Assembly: GCA_028692545.1 (NCBI GenBank) | Contig: JAQUXC010000005.1 | Span: 1-62,216, forward strand | Source: Patescibacteria group bacterium | GTDB lineage: Bacteria > Patescibacteriota > Patescibacteriia > UBA1558 > S5-K13 | DNA: 62,216 nt | Reading direction: 5' to 3' | Part shown: one piece after another, positions 27,027-36,556 of the stretch | Layout of the letters: each line of letters begins with the position of its first letter | Position numbering within the stretch: position 1 is the stretch's first letter | Translations under genes and position numbers: made by a program | The notes under the pieces: generated by a model | Seen by the model: only the letters and a program-made list of their open reading frames with translations | Database searches by the model: none | Told to the model about the DNA's origin: nothing

Positions 27027-27464
27027 ATGGAAAATATTTTTGAAAAAATAGAAAAAAAAGATAAATTCTTCTCAAAAAAAACAGGAGTACATTTTTTTAC
27101 ATATTTGCTTGTGGGTGGTATTGGAAATTGTATTGAGATAGTAATTCTTCTTATGCTTGTAGAAATATTTAATATTTGGTATCTATATGCATCTATTATT
27201 ACATTTACATTAGGAACCATACTTTCTTTTGGCATGAGAAAAATTTTTATTTTCAAAAATAAAGGATTTAAAAAAATACACAAACAAATAGCTTCTTATA
27301 TTTTTATGTTTATTATAGAACTTTGTATAAATTATTTTATAATGACTTTTTTTGTAGAAATATTTAAACTACACTATTTAATGGCTTATATAACATCTAT
27401 TTTGATAGCTAGCGTAACTGGTATAGCAGGTTTTTTATGGAATAAAAATGTCACTTTTAGATAA
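27027..27464 (+). CDS. GtrA-like membrane protein (second copy in the window)
   Basis: 145 aa with 4 TM segments and the pattern FFTYLLVGGIGNCIEIVILLML...FGMRKIFIFKNKG. Confidence 0.72.
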   Translation: MENIFEKIEKKDKFFSKKTGVHFFTYLLVGGIGNCIEIVILLMLVEIFNIWYLYASIITFTLGTILSFGMRKIFIFKNKGFKKIHKQIASYIFMFIIELCINYFIMTFFVEIFKLHYLMAYITSILIASVTGIAGFLWNKNVTFR

Positions 27465-27473
27465 AAATACCTA

Positions 27474-27482
27474 CCCCCCCCC
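27474..27482. repeat. Homopolymeric C9 tract in the promoter region of the large surface-protein gene
   Basis: CTA-CCCCCCCCC-TCATATTT. The tract ends 13 nt upstream of TATAAT. Confidence 0.95.
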
Positions 27483-27492
27483 TCATATTTTG

Positions 27493-27501
27493 TGATATAA
27501 T
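27493..27501 (+). promoter_or_regulatory. Extended -10 promoter element (TGaTATAAT)
   Basis: TG at 27493-27494 and TATAAT at 27496-27501, 53 nt upstream of ATG 27555. The expected -35 position falls inside the C9 tract. Confidence 0.5.
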
Positions 27502-27554
27502 TAATATTATTAAAATGATTAATATTATTTTAAAAAAATATTAATAATAACATT

Positions 27555-29930
27555 ATGAAAAAAATAAACAAATATATAATACTATCATTTTTTGTATTTC
27601 TATTTTTTATAATAAATACAAATACTACAAAAGCAGCAACAAGCACTATAGATAGTATTCAAGATCTATACAATATAAGAAATAATTTATCAGGAAATTA
27701 TGAATTAGGTGCTAATCTAGATTTTGATGATATAAATAGTTATGATGTAACGACTTCAACAACAGGATATGATACAGTGGCAGAATTCAAAACAGCAATG
27801 ACTAGCGGAACCGGGTGGTTGCCGATTGGAGATTATGATAATAAATTTATGGGAAATTTAGATGGAAACAGTTATACAATATCCAATCTATTTATAAATA
27901 GACCAACAACTGATTCTATAGGATTATTCGGATATACAAATGGAGCAAGTATTACAAATATATTTTTAGAAAATGTTGAAATAACGGGAAGAAATGGTGT
28001 TGGTGGATTGATTGGTGTAGCTTACATGATAAGCAGTCTTTATGTAGAAAATTGTGGTGTCCAAGGAAATGTAAACAGTACTCACATGAGTGTGGGGGGA
28101 CTCATAGGTGTAGCTCAGTTATTAGGTATAAAACAAATATTAAATTCATATGCTATAGTAGATGTAACAGGTAGTGCAACACAAAATATTGGTGGACTTG
28201 TAGGAGAAAATTCAGCTACTATATCAAACTCCTATTCTTCTGGTAATGTAAGTGGAACAGGGACCTATATAGGTGGATTGGTTGGCTACAATACTGATTT
28301 TGGAAATATTATAAATTCCTATGCAACAGGACGTATAAGTAAAAAAGATGGAGGCTCAGGTGGATTAATTGGACGCAACCAAGGGACAGTCATAAATAGT
28401 TATTATAATTCAGAAACAACTGGACAAATTGATACCAGAAAAGGAGATTCCAAGACAACGCTACAAATGACAAGTAGTTCTACATTTATTGGTTGGGACT
28501 TTGACACTATTTGGAATATTGAAGAAGGTTCAAGTTATCCATATCTAAGACATCAGAACGATATTTTATTATACAATTATCCTATTATTGTTACTTTGGA
28601 AAAAGATATATCGGTCAGTGATTCGGACTATATATTAACATTATCCTGGAATCCAGTAATTACTCCTTCTGATTATACATTTTTAGGATATGATATATAT
28701 CGTAATGATATAAAAATAGTTGATTATACCTTTGAAACCGAGTATATAGATAATATACTTGAAATAGAAACTGATTATAATTATTATGTAAAAGCAACAT
28801 TTCAAAAAGACCCAGAGCAACTTATAACAACTTCAAATATTGTTTCATTTAAATTATATGAGGTTTCCTCTGCTGATGATCTAAATAATATAAGAAGTGA
28901 TTTAAATGGCTATTATATACAAACTACAAATATAAATTTAGCTGTATCTCCATACAACGAAGGAACTGGATGGGTTCCCATAGGAAATAGTAGTACTAAA
29001 TTTTCTGGAACATTTGATGGAAATAACCACACAATTTCTAATCTTTTTATTAATAGTGCTGATAGTTATGGTGTTGGTTTATTTGGTATTAATTCATATC
29101 TTGCTACGCTAAAGAATGTATCTTTAGAAAATATTGATATTACAAATGGTGTTAATTGGGCTTGGGCTATTGGTGGATTGGTGGGGGAAAATAATGGTAG
29201 TATAATAAATTCATATACAACTGGTAATTTACATGAAACAGACGAAAGTGGAGAGGGTATTGGTGGATTGGTGGGGGATAATTATTTTTTAATTGATAGA
29301 TCATATTCAAATGTAAATGTTATTGGTGGTGATTGGGCTATTGGTGGACTTGTAGGAGAGAATCGTGGTATTATTCTAAATTCTTATTCTACTGGAAGTG
29401 TTAGTGGGGTTCTAGATTCTGTAGGTGGATTGGTGGGGGCAAATTATGATGGTATTATAGAAAATTCCTATTCTACAGGTTTAGTCACTGGGCTTACAAA
29501 TGTGGGTGGATTAGTTGGGGATCATGATGATGACTATATCACATCCTCCTACTACAACTCACAAACATCAGGTCAATCAGATGATGATGGAAGAGGTACT
29601 CCTAGAACTACATTAGAGATGACATATCCATATGATGATAGTGAAAATGATACTTATGTAGATTGGGATTTTGTTGATACTTGGCATAGCGATATAAATT
29701 TAAATGTTAACAATGGTTATCCAGTTAACTATACTTATATAGATTCTGTAGGACCAGTCATAACAATTCTAGGATCAAATCCATTATCAATATACAAAGG
29801 AGATAGTTATTATGATGAAGGAGCTACAGCTATAGATGCAGTAGATGGAGATATAACAAATGATATATGTAGATATAAATACAGTAGGATCATATACTGT
29901 CACATATGTAGTATCAGATTCTGCTACTAA
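27555..29930 (+). CDS. Large secreted GLUG-motif repeat surface protein, N-terminal part. Its frame is broken near 29860-29870.
   Basis: A signal peptide is present. GLUG-type repeats recur (VGGLIGV, IGGLVGEN, IGGLVGYN, SGGLIGRNQGTVINSYYNSETTGQ), and there is a second such block. The ORF ends inside an Ig-like GDSYYDEGATAIDAVDGDITND module. Confidence 0.85.
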   Translation: MKKINKYIILSFFVFLFFIINTNTTKAATSTIDSIQDLYNIRNNLSGNYELGANLDFDDINSYDVTTSTTGYDTVAEFKTAMTSGTGWLPIGDYDNKFMGNLDGNSYTISNLFINRPTTDSIGLFGYTNGASITNIFLENVEITGRNGVGGLIGVAYMISSLYVENCGVQGNVNSTHMSVGGLIGVAQLLGIKQILNSYAIVDVTGSATQNIGGLVGENSATISNSYSSGNVSGTGTYIGGLVGYNTDFGNIINSYATGRISKKDGGSGGLIGRNQGTVINSYYNSETTGQIDTRKGDSKTTLQMTSSSTFIGWDFDTIWNIEEGSSYPYLRHQNDILLYNYPIIVTLEKDISVSDSDYILTLSWNPVITPSDYTFLGYDIYRNDIKIVDYTFETEYIDNILEIETDYNYYVKATFQKDPEQLITTSNIVSFKLYEVSSADDLNNIRSDLNGYYIQTTNINLAVSPYNEGTGWVPIGNSSTKFSGTFDGNNHTISNLFINSADSYGVGLFGINSYLATLKNVSLENIDITNGVNWAWAIGGLVGENNGSIINSYTTGNLHETDESGEGIGGLVGDNYFLIDRSYSNVNVIGGDWAIGGLVGENRGIILNSYSTGSVSGVLDSVGGLVGANYDGIIENSYSTGLVTGLTNVGGLVGDHDDDYITSSYYNSQTSGQSDDDGRGTPRTTLEMTYPYDDSENDTYVDWDFVDTWHSDINLNVNNGYPVNYTYIDSVGPVITILGSNPLSIYKGDSYYDEGATAIDAVDGDITNDICRYKYSRIIYCHICSIRFCY

Positions 29931-30900
29931 TACAAGTACATCTACAAGAGTAGTAAATGTATTAGCAAGACCGTCATCTGGATCAACAGGTGGAGGTGGT
30001 GGATCAACTGTTGTTGTACCACCAACTATACCAACATATTCTACAACTGTTACACCAGCAAATGGTGGAACACTTAATTATACATTTTCTGATAGTTCTG
30101 CTATTACTGTTGTAGTACCAGCTAATACTGTAACATCTAATACTACAATTACTGTAAGCGAAGTGTCATTAAGTACTGATAATACACCAGGCAGTGGTAC
30201 TGGTGCATTTATGATAGGAGGAAGTGTATTTAATATTACAGCAATAGATATTAATAATAGTTCTATTACATCATTTACTAATAATCTAACTATATCAATA
30301 ACATTATCTAGTCTACCATCTGATACATCTAATCTAGGAGTATATTATTATGATTCAATATCTGATAGTTGGATATTAATAGAAAATGCTGTATTTGATA
30401 CAACTACAAACAAAGTAACATTTACTGTAAATCATCTAACCATATTTGCAATATTTAATATTGCAGGAATACCATCTACTATTGATACAACAAGTGTTGA
30501 AAGTGATATACCACAATCATTCTGGACTACTGGTAAATGGGTAAAGACAGAGGATAGATCTACTGTATATTTTGTAGATAGTAATAATGATAGACATGCA
30601 TATCCAAATGAAAGTATATGGTATTCATACTTTAATGATGATTTTTCATTTGTAAGTACAATAACCAAAGAAGAACTAGCTACTTATACATTAAAGAATA
30701 ATGTTCCATATAATACTGGTATACTATTTAAAATACCAACAATAGCAAAAGTATATGTTGTAGGAGTAAATGGACTTATACAATGGATAGAGACAGAAGA
30801 AAAAGCAATAGAATTATATGGTACTAATTGGAATAAACTAGTTCATGATTTACCAGATGAATTGTTTGGGGATTATGTATTAGGAGATGATATTGAATAA
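29860..30900 (+). CDS. C-terminal part of the same surface protein (+1 frame). It contains an Ig-like module, a Ser/Thr-rich region and a C-terminal domain.
   Basis: YVDINTVGSYTVTYVVSDSATNTSTSTRVVNV continues the domain interrupted in the previous ORF. This frame is open only from 29857. Confidence 0.8.
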   Translation: MIYVDINTVGSYTVTYVVSDSATNTSTSTRVVNVLARPSSGSTGGGGGSTVVVPPTIPTYSTTVTPANGGTLNYTFSDSSAITVVVPANTVTSNTTITVSEVSLSTDNTPGSGTGAFMIGGSVFNITAIDINNSSITSFTNNLTISITLSSLPSDTSNLGVYYYDSISDSWILIENAVFDTTTNKVTFTVNHLTIFAIFNIAGIPSTIDTTSVESDIPQSFWTTGKWVKTEDRSTVYFVDSNNDRHAYPNESIWYSYFNDDFSFVSTITKEELATYTLKNNVPYNTGILFKIPTIAKVYVVGVNGLIQWIETEEKAIELYGTNWNKLVHDLPDELFGDYVLGDDIE

Positions 30901-31005
30901 TTGCAAAATAGTATAATATAAAATCTCACCTATGTAATAGTTTAATTAACTAATAGGGTAATTATTAATCGATACAAAAAATAGAGTTTTTTATATGTAA
31001 AAAAA

Positions 31006-33123
31006 CTAGTAATTTACAGGCACGTTATACTCAAATATAAAGGCTTTTCCAGAATCTACTTCTACCCAATTGTTGGCCAATTTTTTATGCTCATCAATAA
31101 GTTTATCAGTAAACTCCCAATAATCATTCAAAACTACAAATATAGTATTTACTTCAACTTTTTTTGCAGTATTAACGGCTGCCTCTTTTTTATTTTTTTC
31201 TTCTTTTGTCATATCAAGAAAATCTGAATAAATATTATCTTTTATTTTTGTAGGAAGTGAATAATAAAATTCATTTTTATAATATTTTCTAAATCCATAC
31301 TTACTTATAACAGTTGCTCCAAGTGTTTGATCGCCCAATACTACATAATTTCTATTATCAAAATTTTGTTCTATATAATCTACTATTTTTATATGAGTAT
31401 CAGACATACTGTATCCATGAAAATTCTCATATTTATCCACTCTAGGATAACTAAAATAAAAAGAAATAGATAAAAACAAAGACAAAGATACAAAAACAAA
31501 TATTCTAAAAATATGCTTATTTTCTACAAAGCTCTTTATGAGAAGAACTATTCCCACCATAAAAAATGGCAATAAAAAATAAAAACTTAAATTAAATATA
31601 CGCTCAGAGAAATCAGATAAAAATGGAAATTTTATATAAGTTATAACTATAATATAATTTACAATAAGAATAAAAAACATCATTAAATAAGTAAAATAGG
31701 TTTTTAATTGCCTATAATATATAACAAAAATTATTCCCAAAATACTTATTATAAGAATAACTAAATTAACATTTCTTCCATACAAATATACAAGATCAAA
31801 AAAATTTACAAATCTTGGCCAAAAAATATTTTCAGGAACAAGATTCATAAGTAAATTATTTCCCATCATTTGCTCTAAACTTGAAAAATTTATTTTCTTT
31901 ATAAAACCATAAATCCAAAAAGCAACTGGCAGTGCAAAACATGATGAAATTGCAATAATCCAAAATGCAAAATTTTTAAATATTGTCTTTATAATCATTC
32001 CTTTTTCTTCAAACATGTGATAAATCCAGGTAAGTAATATAAAAAGAATAATTGGCAAACCACTAAGTGGATGAATAAAACAAGTTGCAATTCCTAAAAT
32101 GAAAAGTGGCCAAACACTAGAAAATCTATTATTTATAAAGGAAATTGCAAAAAATATTATTATCAAAACAAATATATTTGCAAGAGATTGAGGTGTAGTG
32201 TATGTAAAATTTGCAAATGGTATAAGAAGAAAGGAAAGTACTGATACAAAAATTATATTATTTTTTATAAAAAGATTTTCCTTTAGGCTCTGATAAATAA
32301 CAACTGGTAAAAATAATGAAGCTACTACTGGCACCAAAAGCTTATCAAAAAATACAACTGATTGAGCAAAAATTTTACTCAAAATAACTACCAAACTATA
32401 TTGCCCCAAATAATAAAAAGGTTTTGGTGAAAAAGTACCAACTTGCATCATAAGTTTTTCTGACGCTTGATGAAGATAAGGATCGTACCCAAAACCAAGT
32501 TTATATACAAAAATTATCACACAAAAAGAAAGAAAATAGTGCAAAGAAACAAAAAAAATGAAAACATCATTTTTACTAATAAGAAGTAATAATATCAAAA
32601 TAAATGTTGATAATCCATATATAAAAAATATATTTGGAGACAATACTTGCCAAGGTGAATTTATGCTAAGCTCTATTGCCTTTGAAATAAAATATTTAAA
32701 CTGTGTATAACACAAAAATAAATATATTGCAGAAAATATCGCTTGCAACAAAACTATAAACGATAATTCTGGAAAAGAAAATTCCAGAATAAATGGTTCT
32801 TTTATTAATTTAAATCCCAAAAACAAAGGAGCAAAAATTAATATTATGGATACGGCAATATTTGACAATATAAACAAATAATAAAAAATACTTCCAAAAA
32901 TCATAAAATAAGCAAATATCATCAAAACACCAAAAAACAATTTTGATATAAACTTATATTTAGAAAAAAAGTAATGCCCGGAAAATATTCCAAAATAAAT
33001 AATATAAATAAAGCCTACAATTATGGATAAATTCGTATTTTGAAAAACAAAAAAATTAACAAGTAATGTCGATATTATCAAACAAGTAAATATATAATAC
33101 ATTTTCCAAGAAACCTTCAACAT
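31006..33123 (-). CDS. Large polytopic membrane protein (about 15 or more TM segments plus a C-terminal soluble domain). It may be a GT-C/YfhO-like glycosyltransferase or polymerase.
   Basis: 705-aa ORF, extremely hydrophobic, divergent from the GT-C-like gene at 33208. No family motif was recognised with certainty. Confidence 0.7.
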   Translation of the reverse strand: MLKVSWKMYYIFTCLIISTLLVNFFVFQNTNLSIIVGFIYIIYFGIFSGHYFFSKYKFISKLFFGVLMIFAYFMIFGSIFYYLFILSNIAVSIILIFAPLFLGFKLIKEPFILEFSFPELSFIVLLQAIFSAIYLFLCYTQFKYFISKAIELSINSPWQVLSPNIFFIYGLSTFILILLLLISKNDVFIFFVSLHYFLSFCVIIFVYKLGFGYDPYLHQASEKLMMQVGTFSPKPFYYLGQYSLVVILSKIFAQSVVFFDKLLVPVVASLFLPVVIYQSLKENLFIKNNIIFVSVLSFLLIPFANFTYTTPQSLANIFVLIIIFFAISFINNRFSSVWPLFILGIATCFIHPLSGLPIILFILLTWIYHMFEEKGMIIKTIFKNFAFWIIAISSCFALPVAFWIYGFIKKINFSSLEQMMGNNLLMNLVPENIFWPRFVNFFDLVYLYGRNVNLVILIISILGIIFVIYYRQLKTYFTYLMMFFILIVNYIIVITYIKFPFLSDFSERIFNLSFYFLLPFFMVGIVLLIKSFVENKHIFRIFVFVSLSLFLSISFYFSYPRVDKYENFHGYSMSDTHIKIVDYIEQNFDNRNYVVLGDQTLGATVISKYGFRKYYKNEFYYSLPTKIKDNIYSDFLDMTKEEKNKKEAAVNTAKKVEVNTIFVVLNDYWEFTDKLIDEHKKLANNWVEVDSGKAFIFEYNVPVNY

Positions 33124-33207
33124 AATAATATTTTAACACATTTTTAAACTAAATTATATCATTAACCCTACTTTTACAAAAACCATATCCTTCGCTATAA
33201 TAAAAGC

Positions 33208-34782
33208 ATGAATAAGAAAAAAATTATCTTTTATTTTTTATATTTTTTAATTTTAGGCATATTTTTCTATTTCTATAATTATCTAAATATTGAGAATGGT
33301 TCACAACCACTTATTTTCAATTCTCCAGATGAAACTTCAAATTATTATTTTACAGAACACTTTTCCAAAAATCTAAATTTCAAAGAATATAATAGTTATT
33401 TATCAATATCAAACGATATTCACCCAAGAAGCACAAAAGTATCAGGAAATTATATTATGCCAAGCAGTTTTATAGGGCTTCCTATGATATATGGATTTAT
33501 TTCAAAATTCACAGGGATCTGGACTATTCCGTACATGACTCCTATTTTTGCAATAATAGGAATTATATTCTTTTTTCTTTTGATAAAAGAAATATTTGAC
33601 AAAAAAACTGCAATAATTTCTTCTTTATTATTACTTGTACTACCTAGTTATTGGTATTTTTCTGTAAAATCAATGATGCATAATATATTGTTTATCGTGC
33701 TTTTTATAATTTCTACATATTATTTTTTATTGGCGATAAAATACAAAAAAATTCTATTTTATTTAATATTCCCTATATTTCTGGCATTATCTTTAATGAC
33801 AAGAACATCTGAAATTGTTTGGATATCTTTTATATACTTAATTATTACTATATTTTCAATAAAAAAAATCGATTGGAAAAAATTTATATTGAGCGGAATT
33901 ATTTTTTTAATATTTCTAACACCGCTATTTTATTTCAACAAACAAAATCAAGGATCGGTTACGACCCCAGCTTATCTAAATGATTCAACAGATTCAAATA
34001 ATTTAAGCGCATTACAATTAGTAGAAAAAATAATTTTACCCTTTGGGTTTCATCCAAAAAATATGCAATACACTATTTGGAATTATATTTTCAAATTAGT
34101 ATGGTTTTATAGTTTATTATTCTTGGTAGGAATTATATATTTTATATGGAAAAGAAATAATATTGATAAAATTAAAAATTTATATTTTTTATTGTGGATA
34201 CTTTTAAGTGGATTTTTATTTACATATTATGGAAGCTGGCTATTCTATGACAACCCGACTCCTACATCAGTAACAATTGGAAGTTCTTATCTTAGATATT
34301 TATTACCATATTTTGTATTTGGAATACCAATTGCGGGATTTTTTATTTCAAAAATAAATTTCAAAAAAACATATATAAATACAATAATTATATCTCTAAT
34401 TCTTATTTTTATATTTATAAATTCGTATATGATAGTAATGAAAGATAATGAAGAAGGTATAATAAAAATTGGAAATGATTTGAATATTTATAAAAATAGA
34501 ACAGAAAAAATTATACAAGACACTCCAAAAAATGCAATTATAATTACTAATATGGCTGACAAATACATATTTCCTTATAGAAATGTAATACATTTTGAAA
34601 ATGAAATTTATTTATACAACAATTTTGATAAATTATTTGAAAACAACATTCCATTATATTACTTTGGTTTTACATTTAAAGATTTATATATTAATTCAAA
34701 ATTTGAAAATGAAAACATAAAAATTAGTGAACCTATTTTTACAGATGGAGATCATTCTTTATATAAGATTTATCGTGAATAA
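33208..34782 (+). CDS. GT-C fold glycosyltransferase-like membrane protein (PMT/ArnT-like)
   Basis: 524 aa and polytopic. The first extracytoplasmic loop, directly after TM1, carries SPDETSNYYF, which resembles the DE..Y motif of GT39/GT83 enzymes. Confidence 0.6.
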   Translation: MNKKKIIFYFLYFLILGIFFYFYNYLNIENGSQPLIFNSPDETSNYYFTEHFSKNLNFKEYNSYLSISNDIHPRSTKVSGNYIMPSSFIGLPMIYGFISKFTGIWTIPYMTPIFAIIGIIFFFLLIKEIFDKKTAIISSLLLLVLPSYWYFSVKSMMHNILFIVLFIISTYYFLLAIKYKKILFYLIFPIFLALSLMTRTSEIVWISFIYLIITIFSIKKIDWKKFILSGIIFLIFLTPLFYFNKQNQGSVTTPAYLNDSTDSNNLSALQLVEKIILPFGFHPKNMQYTIWNYIFKLVWFYSLLFLVGIIYFIWKRNNIDKIKNLYFLLWILLSGFLFTYYGSWLFYDNPTPTSVTIGSSYLRYLLPYFVFGIPIAGFFISKINFKKTYINTIIISLILIFIFINSYMIVMKDNEEGIIKIGNDLNIYKNRTEKIIQDTPKNAIIITNMADKYIFPYRNVIHFENEIYLYNNFDKLFENNIPLYYFGFTFKDLYINSKFENENIKISEPIFTDGDHSLYKIYRE

Positions 34783-34785
34783 ATT

Positions 34786-36300
34786 ATGAAAAAAATTACA
34801 AAAATTAGAATATTTATAAACCTAGTTGGAATATTAGGAATAGTTTTATTATTCTCATGGCTTATAAAAAAAGATTTGATTCTTGATGGGAAATTAATTA
34901 TAAATTCAGATTTAACAAAAACTACTCCAATGATATCTATAATATATCCCGAACATAGAGTAGAAAAAGGCAACGAATATTATAATATAATAGAAGAACC
35001 AGTATATTTCAATCTTCGAAGTCCAATAAAATTTGATGAAGCAAATATAGAGATAGAATTTCAAAATGAAGGAGCTAATATTATACAACTATCAGTAGCA
35101 GACAATGGTGAAGGTTGGTCTTATATAGATCATACCCTATACAATAAAACACTAGACGACATAACGTGGCCACAGATAAGTGATAACATAAATACTCTAT
35201 GGCAAAAAGAAACAAAATTTGATTCAATAAATGGATTTATAAATGAAATACATTCATTAGATGGTGTAGGAGCATATGATTTTAATCTTGGAGAAAATTT
35301 TACAATATCAAACTATGAAGCAAAAAAAAATGAGCTTATAATAAATAATTGTATCCGAGGAGAACACAAACTATACACATATATAAAAAATGAAGCCTTG
35401 AATTTCACATTTACAATACAAGACATAAATAGAACCGATGGTTCAGATCCTATATCTATAGAAATTTTCAATATAAATAATAAAAAAATATACTCAAAAA
35501 TAATCTCTGACGATGGAATGATATCAAGTAAAGATCCGGCAAGCGACCCAAGATATATTTCTTTATATATACCAAATTTGGAAGAGGGCGTTTATAGAAT
35601 AGAATTTCTCACAAACGATGATGTTTTAATAAGACAAATAAAAACAAATCAGCAAAAAATTTCTTTTATAGATAGATTATATTTATGCGACAATCCAGAG
35701 TATAGTGATGGACTAGTAGATTTAAAATATCTTCCTACAACGATTTATACAAATGCAAGAACTATATCATTTTATACTGCTCATGATAAAGGTTTGCAAA
35801 CAGTTACTATAGATGATAAAACTATAAACATAAACAAAAAACACGAGTGGATAAAAACAGAAAGCGGTCCAAAACTTTCCAAAATTTATATACCCAAAAA
35901 TGATCTAAAAATATCTGGAAGAGGAGTATTTGCTTTAAATAAAGAACAATATTTTAATCCTGAGATTGTAAATTCAAAAGATTATTCTGATTCAGAAAAT
36001 ATGAATTATATTATAGCTCAATACCAAAAACCTGAGATAATAGAAAATAATGAAAATGAAACTTGGTTTAAAGGAATTGTTCACTTTTCTCTTAATGATG
36101 CAAAAATAGAAGATGGAAATCTAAAATTTATGGTATCATCTCCAAATCTCAATCTAGAAAAAAATAAAATAAAAATAAGATCTATAAAAGTTGAACTTAT
36201 AAAAAATAAAAAACAAAATGAAAATGAGGCTTATGAACAATTTTGGAACATTATAAAACAAAAAATTAAAAGTTATATAAATTTATTTAATAAGATTTAA
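34786..36300 (+). CDS. Hypothetical N-terminally anchored extracytoplasmic protein
   Basis: 504-aa ORF that starts 4 nt after the GT-C-like gene, with a single N-terminal TM segment (IFINLVGILGIVLLFSWLI). Confidence 0.7.
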   Translation: MKKITKIRIFINLVGILGIVLLFSWLIKKDLILDGKLIINSDLTKTTPMISIIYPEHRVEKGNEYYNIIEEPVYFNLRSPIKFDEANIEIEFQNEGANIIQLSVADNGEGWSYIDHTLYNKTLDDITWPQISDNINTLWQKETKFDSINGFINEIHSLDGVGAYDFNLGENFTISNYEAKKNELIINNCIRGEHKLYTYIKNEALNFTFTIQDINRTDGSDPISIEIFNINNKKIYSKIISDDGMISSKDPASDPRYISLYIPNLEEGVYRIEFLTNDDVLIRQIKTNQQKISFIDRLYLCDNPEYSDGLVDLKYLPTTIYTNARTISFYTAHDKGLQTVTIDDKTININKKHEWIKTESGPKLSKIYIPKNDLKISGRGVFALNKEQYFNPEIVNSKDYSDSENMNYIIAQYQKPEIIENNENETWFKGIVHFSLNDAKIEDGNLKFMVSSPNLNLEKNKIKIRSIKVELIKNKKQNENEAYEQFWNIIKQKIKSYINLFNKI

Positions 36301-36310
36301 CTAATTTTTT

Positions 36311-36526
36311 ATGGAAGGAGACATAAAACAAACAAAAAGTAATGGTAATAAAATATTATTTGATCTTTTCTATTTATCAATAGTGTTGTATATTGCAAGT
36401 ATAATACTAGAAAATTTAAAACCTGGACTAATATCAAATTATCTTGATATAAATAAAATATTATTTATAATAATACCATTAGGCATAATATGTGTATTAA
36501 TAAGCAATAAAAAATCTAATAATTAA
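36311..36526 (+). CDS. Hypothetical small membrane protein
   Basis: 71 aa with two hydrophobic segments. No homology was recognised. Confidence 0.45.
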   Translation: MEGDIKQTKSNGNKILFDLFYLSIVLYIASIILENLKPGLISNYLDINKILFIIIPLGIICVLISNKKSNN

Positions 36527-36556
36527 TTATTCCAGTTTAGCTGGGGAGAAAAAAAT

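Noticed and set aside
30985-31006. AT-only hairpin (AGTTTTTTA-tatg-TAAAAAACT) as a convergent terminator between the surface-protein gene and the 705-aa membrane-protein gene
   Set aside because: The stem is entirely A/T apart from one pair at each end, and it overlaps the minus-strand stop codon. It is too weak to call from sequence alone.
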